Notes: generated by a model from the letters alone, not told the origin. A stretch of 63,473 nt of DNA, filler included, from Octopus bimaculoides (GCF_001194135.2; 8 parts of 7 records of this genome joined end to end with filler, not necessarily neighbours in it); one strand, 5' to 3'; numbered from the whole stretch's first letter, positions 20,678 through 35,269 are shown. Numbers and translations are program-made.

Positions 20678-21002
20678 GGTCATTACATCTGCAGAGAAGG
20701 TGACAGCCTCAGCTTTTTGAGATACAAAAAGCATTGTTTTTATTGACTGTCTTCAAGGAGACCACATCATCAATGGAGAGTACTATGCCAATACTATGCC
20801 AACTTACTGAGGCAGTTACAAAAGGCTATCAAGATCAAACAGCTAGGAAAACTGACAAAAAGGGTTTTGTTTCATCAGAATAATGCCCCAGCACACAAGT
20901 CGTTGGTTTCAATGTCTACTGTGCACGACTGTGGTCTTGAACTGGTTGATCATCCCATCCCCTAATCTCCTGGTTTGACTCCCATTTGACTATCATCTTG
21001 AT
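20678..21002 (+). mobile_element. Mariner transposase C-terminal fragment
   Basis: SAEKVTASAF*DTKSIVFIDCL...INGEYYAN/LLRQL...VLFHQNNAPAHKS...LVDHP; 11-bp internal duplication TACTATGCCAA. Confidence 0.88.
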
Positions 21003-21132
21003 ATTCTCAGTATGGAAGACACTTAGTAATGCTCAAAAAAGATTCAAACTTAGATTCTGAAGTCTGTACAGGGGATCAATTCCACAGAGTAAAGTGCAGC
21101 TATAAGAGGGATCAAATTGAGTGGATATAGAG

Positions 21133-21520
21133 GCAATTATATGGATAAATAAGTTAGATATATTAAATGTAATATAATAGTTTGGGCATGAAACACAAAA
21201 TATGTATATATGTAGACATGAAAAACGAGAGAAAGCAAAAAATGGAGACTTTCAGACGATGAATATCTAAGTACCAATATATAGATATTTATATTATTAG
21301 ATCCAGTTTTCTTCTACCCCTTTAGTTTTCTCTGTGGTTTGTACTCTGTGTAAGTCAGATCTATTAATATAAATATCTATATATTTGTACTTAAATATTC
21401 ATCGTCTGAAAGTCTCCATCTTTTTGCTTTTTCTTGTGTACATATATACATATTTCATGTTTAATACACAAACTATTATATTATAGTTAATATATCTAAT
21501 TTGTTTATCTGCATAATTGC
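21133..21520. mobile_element. Foldback/palindromic MITE-like element with ~170-bp arms and ~54-bp spacer
   Basis: 21133-21303 is the reverse complement of 21358-21520, e.g. ATGGAGACTTTCAGACGATGAATAT/ATATTCATCGTCTGAAAGTCTCCAT. Confidence 0.85.
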
Positions 21521-21563
21521 TCCCCACTGTCTGTCTGTCTGTCTGTCTGTCTGTCTGCCTGCC

Positions 21564-21596
<33 letters not shown>

Positions 21597-21599
21597 GCC

Positions 21600-21632
<33 letters not shown>

Positions 21633-21643
21633 ATATATATACA

Positions 21644-21915
21644 GTTGGGTGCCCTTCCTAATGCCGACCACTCCGAAAGTGTAGTGGGTGCTTTTTATGT
21701 GCCACCGGCATGGGAACCAGTCAGGTGGCACTGACATCGACCATGTTAGGACGGTGCTTTTTATGTGCCACCAGCACAGAAGCCAGTCAAGACACACTGG
21801 CATTGACCATGTTTGCATCCAACCATAAAAACCATGCCAAAACAGACACAGAAGTATGATGCAGTCTTCTACCCGGCCAGCTCTTGTTGAACTGTCCAAC
21901 CCATGCCAGCATGGA
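21644..21915. mobile_element. RTE 3' UTR copy (family D) with an internal inversion
   Basis: 21644-21812 and 21815-21915 are in opposite orientations relative to the collinear copy at 2165-2347; two ~66-bp tandem subrepeats. Confidence 0.7.
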
Positions 21916-22580
21916 ACTGAACTCAGAACCATATAGCTGGGAAGCAAGCTTCTTACCACACATCCACCCCTTATCAGGCATCTGCATGAGTATGATGTGC
22001 TGTTTAGGTGCGTGAAACCTAGGGTAAGTCTATGGATGCAGGGTGGATGTATGAAGAGTAGGTGGGGCCGTGTTGTGTATTAGAGGAGTGCATGGATTAT
22101 GGGAGTATAGAAAAGGGTGCATGTGATGCAAGATGGATTTAAAAGTGGAGGGTAGGTGTATAAGGGGTGTGTGGTGGTCATATGGTGGGTTGGTATGTAT
22201 ATGAGGTGTAGGTTAGGTATTTAGGGCATAGGGTGGGTGAATAGGGTATAAGATGGATATATGGGGGTGCAAGAGTTATAGGGAAATATGAAAGGCAAAT
22301 AAAACTGCACGTTTCATTTACTGGAGTCTGGTTATTTTATCTTCTTCTCTATGTTTTTTTTTTCCTCTCTATTTCACTGTTTGCAACCACTGCAACCACT
22401 CTACCCCATCTATCATTACCACCACCACCACCGCCGCCACCACCACCACCACCATCAACACAACAACAACAACAACAACANNNNNNNNNNNNNNNNNNNN
22501 NNNNNNNNNNNNNNNNNNNNNNNNTTAATTAATTAANNNNNNNNNNNNNNNNNNNNNNNNNNNNNNNNNNNNNNNNNNNN

Positions 22581-22617
<37 letters not shown>

Positions 22618-24229
22618 TATACATATATATGCATACAACACACATGCATACATACACATATATACTATTATATGTACACATTATGAGGATGTTACAAGAA
22701 CCTGTAACATCTCTCTCCATTATCGATGGTACCTTTAGGTCAAATGCTTTAGGATATTTTCCATATTCCTCCATGGAGAAGTCATTCGGAAAAAAATATT
22801 CAGCACGTCCTCATCGATATCAAAATATCTCCAAGAATATTACCATTCACATGATCATTCACTGAATGTAACCGTAACCTTTTCAGCCACTGTACTGATA
22901 GACTGGTAAAAGGCTGTGAACATCGGAAATACTCTAGATGCAAAACGTCAATCCTTGGTCAACATTTGATTAAAATTACAGCTCCGTTAAAGAGACGAGC
23001 TGGAGTGCAAGACGCGTCAGCCAAAAGATGAACGCAACAGCTCACTTTCCAGGAACTGATGATGTTGCAGCATCTGTACAATGATAAGCATCAAAAGCCA
23101 AATAAACATCTTGGCAATATTGGAAACTATTTAGTATTCTGAAAGTTTTTACTCTCAGATCTTAAACTGTTGTTGCAACCACCCTCTGTTAGGTTAACTT
23201 TTCTATCACTCATACTATACGCTTCGTATAATATAGTGACAATCTACACCCTCTGTGTCACTGATTTTTACTAATCACAGAAAGTTGAGAGGCAAGCAAG
23301 ATTCCGATAGGTTTTTCGAAACTGGAACAATGCAGAACAAAGCAAAATAATCTGATGCAATGCAATCTACTTTCTACAGTCTCAATCATTTTTTATCTTC
23401 AATAAAAATATTGCATATTTAAAGAAGAAAAGATTGAAAATGTGCTTGCTCTAATAGTTTTCTTGGGGAAAGAATGTGCAGCGTGAGAGCTCATGCCCCA
23501 GTGATTGAACAAGGACTAAAATGGATTAGAAAATATGAGAACATTGTTTCAGTATATGCATGTATGTGTATATATATATATGAGAGTGTAGGCAGAAGTT
23601 GGCTACTCAATTTGTTTTGCAGATATTTACCCGATTATCTCTGCTTGGACATTAGTTTGCAACAATCTGATCAGTGTACGAGGACTTATGAATGTTATGA
23701 GAAGTGCCTCTCCCCTTTTGATTAATTTATATAAACAAGAAAAAACTAGAAATTATTGGAAGTAGTTAGGTCATTGAGCTTCACAAAATATAACTGCAAT
23801 GCAAAAATACTTTATATTTGTAAGGGTAGATTATTGAAACAAGAGCTTTTATTGAAAGCAATATGGCACATATAAATTGAGAAGTTGGTGCCATATACAA
23901 TTCACTATATTTGTACCGTTGATTAACAAACCTCATGGAACAGATCATGAACCGTAAAATATACTCCTGATGGCAGAATATTTATTTTAAAACGTTTAGT
24001 ATTAATTTCTTCCATTGTTACAAGGACACCAGTTTCTAAGAAATGATATAGTCTATTGAATTGATGTTAACAGATTCTTGGCACTAATTATGTCTATTCC
24101 AGGAAAGCGAATATGAACTTCGAACGAGTCTGAAAAAAAGAACCATAAAAACTGGGAGACATTCCGTTTGACACTTCATGGTCTTTACATTTTGCCAGTC
24201 TTTCACTTTGTCCTCTTAAATTTTTAAAG

Positions 24230-24520
24230 GAAGCGGAGTTGCGAAAACTGCAAGAAATCAATAATATGTCTCAGTACTTAACTTTATTGCTGTATGTTCA
24301 ATGCCTGTATGTTATAAAATCATCAAAAACAAGTACCAAACATATCCAGAGTCTGATGCATTCAACTACATACTCCAATACAAAATTTATGCCATGTTCC
24401 AATGGCAGATTGATTGTTAAATAATTAAAACAGTTCAGTGGTTTCAAATCTGTTTTATTTAAAAGCTATACAAATGATACATTTATTTGGAAAAAGATTA
24501 ACAAAAAAACACAAAACAAT
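24230..24520 (-). mobile_element. Penelope-like GIY-YIG C-terminal relic
   Basis: Broken-frame peptides YHLYSF, RFETTEL, CRLW and LN...LRH resemble the PLE pattern NH..SF...TELS...C.LC...LN.R..CRH. Confidence 0.4.
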
Positions 24521-24807
24521 CCTTTTTTAATGAAGATAACATTCAGCTTCATTTCAACGATGTTGCAATCCAGTGGCTACACTATAGAGGGGAAATAAGT
24601 TCCTGGCGAACCGTGATAACCACATGGTTTTGATTCCCATATGTAGCATTTCCCTTCACTTACTTTAATTGTAATCCAGAAGAAGGGCATGAAACGACTC
24701 AAGATTTCTAATCCTCTTTAAATCTGAACTCTCACGTAGGCCTCTGTCCATCACCAACGGCTATAGATTGCTGTTCTTGAGGGATTTTCAAGGTACAGAA
24801 CCCTTGG

Positions 24808-24838
<31 letters not shown>

Positions 24839-27800
24839 TTGAATTCTAGAGTGTCTAAAAATCAGAGTTCCTATCTCGATATCATTAATGTCGACCAAGG
24901 GTCGATCTAACGAATAAACAAAGTTATAATCCGTTAATCATTCCAATTCTATCAATAAATATACATCTCTGGCGTTTTTCATTTACCTTCAACTGTAATA
25001 ATTTGACAAGAAACATACCAAGACAATTATCAGAGGGAAATATATCAAACTCTTTTGACTTGGAAATATTTCAAAGTTCGAATGCATTACTGATATAAAC
25101 GAGTAGGAATCAAGACCAGGCAAGGGCACAATTAGCCGAAAACTTAACCCAGCAATACGGTGTCTGTGATCCAAACAACAGCAAAATAACATATTGTTTG
25201 CAGTGATGGTTGTTAAGGGGGTAATGAAGATATTTAATTACTATAAGATGAAATAGTGCTCGGTGTACAATTAGATGGTGTTCCCTAACAAAAAATCTTC
25301 CAAGTTATATAGTGTAATGCTTTATTGAAACTGAGCAACGCGACCGTTGAGAAACCCGTTTCAGATATAAGCAGGCCTCTATAACAAGCAATTTTAGAGA
25401 ATTAAGGCTTCCATAAGTTTGTAGAATGTATGAAGCATCCCCACCACTTACCTTGAGATATTTTCAATATCCCTCAAATATCAAGGGACAAGTTAGTCAT
25501 CAGCCAACTAATCAATGAAATAAATGTTTAGTACGACATACTGGTTGGCATCAAATCATCAAATTAATAGATGATCTCGTCATTTCTTTATTACCATATG
25601 GAGGTTGGTGACGATTAAAAGTAGTATTGATTCTACGATAACATATGGGAAAGCTAAAAGGAAAGGGAGAAAAGAAAGAGTGAGAGAAAGAGTTAAGAAG
25701 CCATAGAACTCACTCTTTTTATTAATTTATTTGAGAAATGACTGAATATATATATATAAAAAAAAGCTTCTCATTTGGAATGCGGCTGTTTATTTGGATA
25801 CATATTATATTTTATTTTGATTTTATCATTTATTGGCTATATATATAATCGTGAAAAAGTGTATATTTGTAGTTTTATGCCTTTAGCTTATAATTATTAT
25901 TTTTTTCTTGCAAGTCATTTTAGATCGCTTTATATTTGCTAAAAAATTAATTCAACACATTTTAATGTAAAAAAGTACCAAAATAAGGAAATCACCTTTT
26001 CCAATTTTTAAAAAATCTTCGCTATTCTACACTATATAGAATTCAAATAGGAAAAATGAAGAAAAGGAAAGGAAACTTATTTTTATCCCTAATAAGTAAA
26101 TTTCTGGATCTCTTCATTACCAAGATTGTTCGAGGAAACGGTCAAATTTGGAAAGAAAAAGAATTCTCTTATATGTATTTACAAAGTTGAAAAGAACACT
26201 TCAGCTTCGGGTATGATGCTATGTACAGAATGGCTGGTTGGCTTTCTATTCAGTTACTTCGGTGACAGTTTGTCTCTTTTTATATAATCCATTCTGTATA
26301 ATATTTTCCGTTTACTCTTTGATTGTCATGTAGCAAAGCCAACGGATTTCAGGTACACAGTCTCACCGGCAAAAAAAAGAAAGAAAAAGAAAACAAAATA
26401 GCAAACAAAAACAAGAATATAAAGAATATCAAAAGCAAAACGGCATTTCTTTAGTTTTCTATTTGTAACTTTCTATTTCTAACAGAGGATAATATTTTGA
26501 AAGTTTTAAAATCCTTTCATCTCGCAGAAATCAATTATTTTACTGACAGTAAAGTATGATAAAAATAGCTGTATTTTCTAATATCAGTTACGTTAATAAA
26601 CTGCACTAGATCTTCCTAGGCAGGACAGTTAACTCACAAAATACATGATAACCAGATAACCAAATGCAAGTTCACCAGAGTAAATACAAAAATGGTTTTG
26701 ATTCCAAGTTTCACAGTTTCTCATCTTGCCGATTCACCATTGGTTCATAGGAATGGGTTACTATAAGATCTGTTGCGTATAAGTGACTATTATAAGGTGA
26801 TGCAATTAGTAAAAAATAATATCCCAATAGAGTAGGAAATGGAATGAAATGTGTCTATCACCGTGTATTACTACCAGTTTCTGCTAATAAAAGCAATTCA
26901 TCATTCCATTTAAAGAGTGTCTTTTTTTATTTAGTTTTGAGTCATTATCTTTCATCAACACCTTTTTGTTTGTTGTTTTTTTAAATATCTTTTAACATAT
27001 AAAAAACATGCAAGAGAAAAAAATTTTATTAGTCTGAAAATGTTGATTCAATTTTTTAAATAATAATATCATAAATATATTTATTGTTAGTGATGTGTTT
27101 TTATCAAGTCTTTTATGTCTTCTCTCTCGTCAGTGTTTAGTGACAGCTATTAGAAGGTTAAATTGATGTTAAATTATAGCCAATTGACACTGAAAACATT
27201 GTTTCCACCAGATCGTATAGTTTTTTTTGCTCTGTCAAGCGGAACTTTTGTTCAGACAATGAATCATTTTGGAAAGCTATTTGAGTTACTGATTAGTGAT
27301 CGGTTGGCACTCAAATTCGGCAATAATCTTCCAAAAAAGATTGGCTCTTGTGTATAATTTGTTTCAAAGGGAAGCATGTGAGTTATAACTCTACGGAGAC
27401 TCATTTTACAGCAATTTCTTTTTATCATGCAATTAACACAAATGTTGTGGTATTCCAAGTCAAGCCCTTTTCAGATGTGACCAGATATAAAACACTTTAG
27501 TTTAAAACTCTTTTTTTTTTGCCACTCTTCACTGTGTTTCGTAGTTCGACACGGGCTATTGAACTACTCCGTAAAAAACAAAATAAAAACAAATAATGAA
27601 TAGAAAAGTAATTAGGAAAAGTTTCCAAGCCGTATACTGTAATTGGGAGAGTTCGAACAAGCTTGGTTTGACGGAAGTTAGTTCAATTTTATCACATTTT
27701 AATAAGAAATTTCATTTCAAATGTTTCCCTTTGTTAAGCCGCTGTTATTCATCGAAATCTGAGGTGACACATACACACACATGCGCGCGTGTGTGTGCGT

Positions 27801-28964
27801 GCGTTTGTGTGTGTGTATATGTGTGTGTGTATATGTGTGTGTGTATATGTGTGTGTGTATATGTGTGTGTGTATATGTGTGTGTGTATATGTGTGTTTGT
27901 GTGCTGTTGATTACAATGTATAGTTTCCAATTCAAAGTCTTGAATTAGAAATTACAAGGATGAACGGAAATGTGTTTATTTTTAGATTTTTATCAGCATT
28001 TTTTTCATACTTTAAAAAGAAATTAGGAGAGGAATTAATAACATAAAAAGCGGAAAGGAACATAAAGTCTAACATACGGAGAAAAGCAAATGGTTTTAAC
28101 ATAAAATATTCACAAGGAACGTAAGTGCAAATTTTTGTCTTTGGAAGATTTTCTACGCTTTTTTTTAACGTTTTTAGAGGGTGGATGGTTGGGGAAAAGA
28201 ATTTGAATAACAATAAACTCCAGGTCAAGCAAAAAGTAAATAAAGGCACATTGTGATAGTTGTGAGAAGATTAAAGCTCAGTGTATTATTGTCTCTTTTG
28301 GACAGAATCGTACTCATGAAATAAACTTAACCCACGAATCCAGCAGTATTTATTCTTAAATATCCCATTCAGCAAATGGTTGCAAACACATTCGAACTAT
28401 GAACAGGAATAGAATGAATTGTTCTGCTACTACTGGGTATTTTTTGTTTTTGTTTTGAGAGAGGATGTTTATTAAAAAGAGAGAGCAGAAAGTTAGTGTT
28501 GTAAATTACTTCTTCGTGTTGTTAGTCGTTTTTTTTAAATATATTTTTTCCCTTTTTCATTTTCTTTTCTTTTTCTTTTATTACACGGCTTGGTAATTAA
28601 AGGTGAAGTGAGATTGGTCTATGTAGTGTTGTAAGAAATAAGAAAACAATTGTTTTGATATAGTTTAAAAATCTAAGATTCTAATATCGATAGGGAGAGA
28701 GGTGTGATGTATATGTATTTTTTATTGTAAGTCAATACGCGTGCAACAGCCAGTACTATCCCCGAAAAGGGAAATAAACGATAAAGTTGTTACAATATAT
28801 ACCTTGATGTATAACAACAATGATATCAATAACAATAACAATTATGATGATATTAATAACAATAATGATGGCAGTAGTAGCAACTATAACAGGAATATCA
28901 GCAGTAGCATTTGTAATAGATATAATAATAATTATAATCATAATAATAATAATGTCTTTTTCTA

Positions 28965-29162
28965 ATATAGATACAAGACCAGCAATTTTTGCGGAAGATG
29001 AAGTTAGTCAATTACATCAACCCGGTGTTTGCTGGTATTTTATTTTATCGACCCTCGAGAGATGAAAAGCGAAAGATTTGAACTCAGAACGTAAAGAGCT
29101 GTTACTATATGCCATAAGGCATGCTGTCCAATGCTGTAAAGATCCTGCTAATCCATCGCTCT
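28965..29162 (-). mobile_element. SINE family B, decayed, flanked by (AAT)n
   Basis: GATTTGAACTCAGAACGTAAAG and TTTATCGACCCTCGAGAGATGAAAAG shared with 11340 and 40648. Confidence 0.7.
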
Positions 29163-29163
29163 A

Positions 29164-29280
<117 letters not shown>

Positions 29281-29420
29281 TTCTGATCATAAGAAATATT
29301 GAATTTTAGTGGACAGAAACTTTACCAAGGTCATTAATAATGAAAATGAAAGAAGTAGTTCTAGAGGAAACTAATATCCATTTACGGAATTTCCTCACTG
29401 AGAGCTACAGTATCCAGTTC

Positions 29421-29470
<50 letters not shown>

Positions 29471-31217
29471 TAATAATAATAATAATAATGATAATTTCTT
29501 TTTATGGTGAAAGAGATAGTTGAAGAAACTGACTCCTAGTCTATCACGGGTACTTGTGGAATTCAAAGAGCTCTAATTTTTCTGTTAATGCACCAACTTG
29601 TTACAGGTCTTATGTTGTCTAATGGAAATATGATCTACTAGCACATCAGTCATCATTTTTCAGTTTTTAGTGATATGAAATGTTTACATAAATCTTCTGG
29701 CTAACTATAAGTTATTGGCGTAGGAGCAGGAATTATTTGAACATTGTGGAGTCTAGAGGTGAAAACCATTCAAAACATCCAAATCAGCCATAATCGATTA
29801 AATTTATAATGAAATGTTTAAAAAATGTGGAAATCCCGTCTTTGCACATATCCAATATGTCCACCACTTTTTAATATAATAGTGTATGAAAGAAAGAGAA
29901 GATTTGGTATATCTAGAAAGTTGAGGGACAGCATATGCCCCTTCAGAGAGGTGGAGTTAAATACAAAATTCATGTCATTAAGTCATTTTCATCACTCAGT
30001 AAAACAAGCACCTTTGGTTCACTCAGAAAACTAATTTTGTACAATATTTAATACGACACTCTACAATTCCTGCTACATCACCGCCTTTCTCCAACATGAA
30101 AACAAAAAATACAAGCACGAAAAAACAACAAAAGCTGAAACAAATGGGAAGATATTTCCATTGTGGTAAACGGGGTGTTATATCTTTTATGCTTCAGGCT
30201 ATGGAGACGTTTTCAACTCTTCTATCTTTTAGATTCAGACATATTGTGATAGCAAGGTGGTTTTGATTTTATCTCTGGATTTGAAAGTGTATATATGCTA
30301 GTTAAATCTGTTTTTAAATATATGTTGTGTGAGTGCAGTATATTTTCTTCTTGACAACATCATTTAATTTTATAGTAGCTTGGCACGTCACTGCCTAATG
30401 ACGCTGTGACTCATGTAGTTGGTAGTTCTAAGATGATCTGTAATTTTAAGTTGGTATTGGGATGGCAAATAGAAGGTTGAGGATTAGCTGTGTTACAAAA
30501 TCTACAGGGCAATGTTATTTAGCTGCCATAGCTGGTTTTGATATTGTTTCCATTGAAATGTGTATGGAATTTATGTGTATGGAATTTATGTGTATGGAAA
30601 ATGCTTACGACAAGAAGGTTCTGTCTTTGTAGTTTACGTTCTTATCAAGTGCTGAATTGAACTATTTAATATTCTCTTTCTGAACTTGCTATCTTACAAG
30701 GGGGCATCCTATGTTATATACGAAATGTTTAAATACTCACAGTAAATATCAAGAATCTATCTTGGATTTCCAACAATGACAACACAGTGCATCGAAGCAC
30801 ACTATTTGACTATCACTGATTAAAAGAGGAAAAGCCAGTAATAATTCTATCCACTGCATTTACTTTCAAAAAAAAAAAAGAAAAAAAAAGAAAAATGAAA
30901 AAAAAAAGGCTGAATGAACAGCTCGCACGGGAAACTCTGAGTAGCTATGATGTGAATTATCGACTTATAAAAATAATTAAACTATACTACATGTATTTGG
31001 CACACGTTCTTTCTTTAATATTTGCAAAAACACACGTATGCACATGCAGTCGCATGTATACATATGTGTGAGCGATTGTGTGTGACCGTATATGTATGTA
31101 AACCTGTATGTGAACATGTATGTATGTTTGAACGCATGTATGTATGCGTGTATATGTATATAGTTGAAATTTACAGAAAAACAAAGGAAAGACGAAGACA
31201 GGTGTATATAAACAACA

Positions 31218-31720
31218 AGTAAGTCACTGTAGGAGTGGCGAATACAGAGGCTCGATAGTCGAGTCGAAGAAATTGAGTGAGTATAATACTTGGCGTTACT
31301 AGACTGAGTGACAGTTTACAGTGAAGCGTGGAATACAGCGGTGCATGTATGTAACGCAAGTTGTTTTGAGTGACGTTAGTATGAGGCTTGGTAGGTTTAA
31401 ATGCGGAAATACCTAATTCAAATTACATAAATTTTGCAAAAGATTTTGCTTGAAGTATGTGAAAATTGAACGATTCGTTCTTCAAAAAGCTCCACATCTT
31501 TCTGCTTTGAGAAAATATGTAAATAATTTGCTAATATTAGTGTTTAACCTGTCATCGTCCCTAAGATGTAGTACATATATGAAACAAATATATNNNNNNN
31601 NNNNNNNNNNNNNNNNNNNNNNNNNNNNNNNNNNNNNNNNNNNNNNNNNNNNNNNNNNNNNNNNNNNNNNNNNNNNNNNNNNNNNNNNNNNNNNNNNNNN
31701 NNNNNNNNNNNNNNNNNNNN

Positions 31721-31779
<59 letters not shown>

Positions 31780-32288
31780 CATACATACACACATATACAT
31801 ATATATGTATATATATATACATATATACACGCATACAAAGCATGCACACATATACACATACACATACGTACATACGCACACACACACATATACATATGCA
31901 CATATATACATATGCACATATATACATATATATGTTTCATACGTGTACTATATCTTAAAGTTGATGCTAGGTTAAACACTAATATTAGCAAATTATTTAC
32001 ATATTTTCTCAAAGCAGAAAGATGTGGAACTTTGTGAAGAACGAATCGTTCAATTTTCACATACTTCAAGCATAATCTTATGCAAAACTTATGTAATTTG
32101 AATTAGGTATTTCCGCATCATACTAACATCACTCAAAACAACTGGCGTTACATACATGCACCGCTGTATTCCACACTTCACTGTAAACTGTCACTCAGTC
32201 TACTAACGCCGAGTATTATTCTCACTCACTTAATTTCCTCGACTCGACTATCAAGCCTCTGTATTCGCCACTCCTGCAGTGTCTTACT
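31218..32288. mobile_element. Large foldback element: ~370-bp inverted arms around a TA/CA microsatellite spacer
   Basis: 31218-31593 is the reverse complement of ~31925-32288 with scattered substitutions and an ~18-bp indel. Confidence 0.85.
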
Positions 32289-33074
32289 CCACTAAAGAGA
32301 AGAAAAGGAAAAACAGACAGAAAGGAAGAAAAAAACCCGAGCTCAGTATTCTGTTTATGCTTTATATTTATGTAGTCATTCCCTGTTTTTTCTTGCATTT
32401 CATTGTTTGTTTCAATCTACCCATGTTCCTCATTTGTATCAAACGTTATTTGTATCAAACGTCAACTTAACAGTCGGTAGGATGGGTGGGTGGTAACCTA
32501 GAAACCTTATAGATACAGGTCCTACTTTCACTTTTCCTCTTTCTCCTCCTCTGGTTAAATAATAATATTAACAAATAGTATAAGCTGTGGTAGTACCTTT
32601 GAATCGAAATTTTCCTTTCATTTTTTAACTAACACCATAGGGCTTAACACAACTAGCAACATACGTTAGTTGAAGAAAATCAATAATTACACGTTTTAAT
32701 CGATTATGTTAATGGATACTTAGTTTAAAACTACGCACGAAACGCAGTTTTAAACTAATGTATTCATTCTTTGATTAGATGGAAACATTAGCAAAAAACA
32801 TTGAGGTGATGGCGGAGGAGTGTGTACTGTTCGTCTTCAATAGAATTTGTCGTTGTCAGAAATAATCAGGAGTAATCCCTGCAGTAACTGGTGAACATAG
32901 AAAATAAGAAAAGATTTAAACAACGACTAAGAGGACGATAAATGATAATATAGAAGACACATCGATAAATAGACTCTATATATAAATACATATACATGCA
33001 TGCATGCATGCATACATAATACATACATAATACATACATATATATATATATAATATATAATATATAATATATAC

Positions 33075-33117
<43 letters not shown>

Positions 33118-34031
33118 TATATACACACACATATATACAGCCCATGTAGTCATGTTGACTATACATACATGTATATATAAGATATATATGGAAATATATA
33201 TGTATATGTATATATATCCAGCGTTTCGGACAAAGTCTTCTTCCCGGTTAAAATGGAAGAAAGGATATAACGAAATACAGCAGACCGCCACTAATCTCCT
33301 TGAGTTCATCTGAAATATATATTGTTATGTATGTGGTCAACTAATGCATCATGCCTAATGACAAAATACGTAAAAATATGATGCAACCACAGAGAAGCTC
33401 ACCAAAGCTTACATCTATATATTTACTGTATCTATTTGTCTTTCAATAATACAAATGAGATTTTCTGATTAATTGACGCCATCTTAAATTGAAATTATTT
33501 ATTTAAAATTGTATAACTTTATAAAACTCTAATCGAACGGTATGTTTGATGCAATGTCTCATTAATCTAAAGTTTGTGACATTTTGAATAGTGAGTTTTG
33601 CAAATAATTATTTTTGAAAAACTTACTAATGCATTTTCGAGAAATAGAGAAGAGATTTTTACACATTAGAATTTAGATGTATGATATTGTGATTCATTAT
33701 ACTTAGTTTTCAGTAGAACGGCAATATTTATCGCTATGAAAGAGACTTCTGGAAGTTAGGCAGAAACGATGAGAGAGAAAAAGGGAGAGAGAAAGAGAGA
33801 GAAAGAGAAAGAAAAAAGGGAGAGATAGATAGATAGAAAGAGTGAGAGAGGAACAGAGAGTCACATGCACTTCGAGATGGCTAGAAGACACATCTTAGAG
33901 ACGTATGTCATTAACATTTACGGATCAGAAGCGAAAGTGATAAGTTTTTCATTTCTAGATATTAACAACGCAAAACATACCAACATGTCAATGTAGTTGT
34001 CAATACGAATGATTATTAGACACAGTGTGTC

Positions 34032-34071
<40 letters not shown>

Positions 34072-34169
34072 TATATGCGTGTGTATATGTATGTGTGTGT
34101 GCTTATATATATTCGTGTGAGGGCATATGTGTGTGCGTGTGTGTTTATATATATCTATTCACCTTTCAA

Positions 34170-34248
<79 letters not shown>

Positions 34249-34731
34249 TTGTGTACATCTGCATGTCCGTAATAATAGTTATCTTGAGAATGCATTGCAT
34301 ATGTGGATTATACATTTCTATTGCGACAATTCAATGTACAACTCCTTAAATTGTTGCATTAGTTTCATCCCAACAGAATATATTAAATAGTGTCAGAAGA
34401 TTTTGTATTGAGATGAAACTGTTGGTTCCTTGAGAAAAACTGTACTTTCGTTTCCCTTATGTAAAACATACGTGTATGCATATATATATAGAAACTACAC
34501 ACAAACGCTCAGACAAACAAACACACACACACACACACAAACTGGGATAAGGGTATTACGTTTGAATTGTTAATGGTACGAATATGGAAAAGAAGACAAA
34601 ACACAACATAAATTCTTGTTTTACTGAAACCATCTTTACTTCGAGCGAACGAAAGTAAACACCTGGTGGCAACTCTGATCGAATCTGAATAAGAAAGGGA
34701 GACAATTTCGAGAGACAAGTGTTACGAATGA

Positions 34732-34764
<33 letters not shown>

Positions 34765-34918
34765 TATGTACAAGGTTACTTCAAGTTCTATTATGCTTGA
34801 GGCATATACAAACTTATAAGAAAGCCATTTATTGTGTTTTGTCATGGAGAAAATTTCTCGCCGTAGACAAAGTGTAAATACACACCGTTATATATATACA
34901 TACATACATACACAAGCA

Positions 34919-34969
<51 letters not shown>

Positions 34970-35269
34970 GTATATATGTATATATGTATATGTATGTGTG
35001 TATGTATATATATATATCTGTAATATAATGTGACAATTATATTACACATAAGTTCCTCTATTTACATAATATCTAGGTATCATTCGTTCTTTTGTTGTCA
35101 TACCATTACTATTAATGTATATATGTATGTATATATATATGCATATGTTAAATTCAAATTACGACAAACGTAAATAAACAAACAAAGTTTGCTTTTAGAA
35201 GCGTTGAGATGTCTTTTAGAAAGTTAAAGAAGTGATTTTAAATTCTCAATCACAGAATAATGCTAATAA

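Noticed and set aside
24695-24725. CAGAAGA-AGGGCAT-GAAA-CGAC-TC
   Set aside because: Core mutated and no convincing helices; chance match likely.
25440-25510. Minus-strand CTGATGA...GAAA with an internal TCCCT/AGGGA hairpin
   Set aside because: Hairpin not adjacent to the core and no stem I.
30558-30599. 15-bp unit ATGTGTATGGAATTT repeated about three times
   Set aside because: Simple slippage duplication with no spacers; not CRISPR-like.
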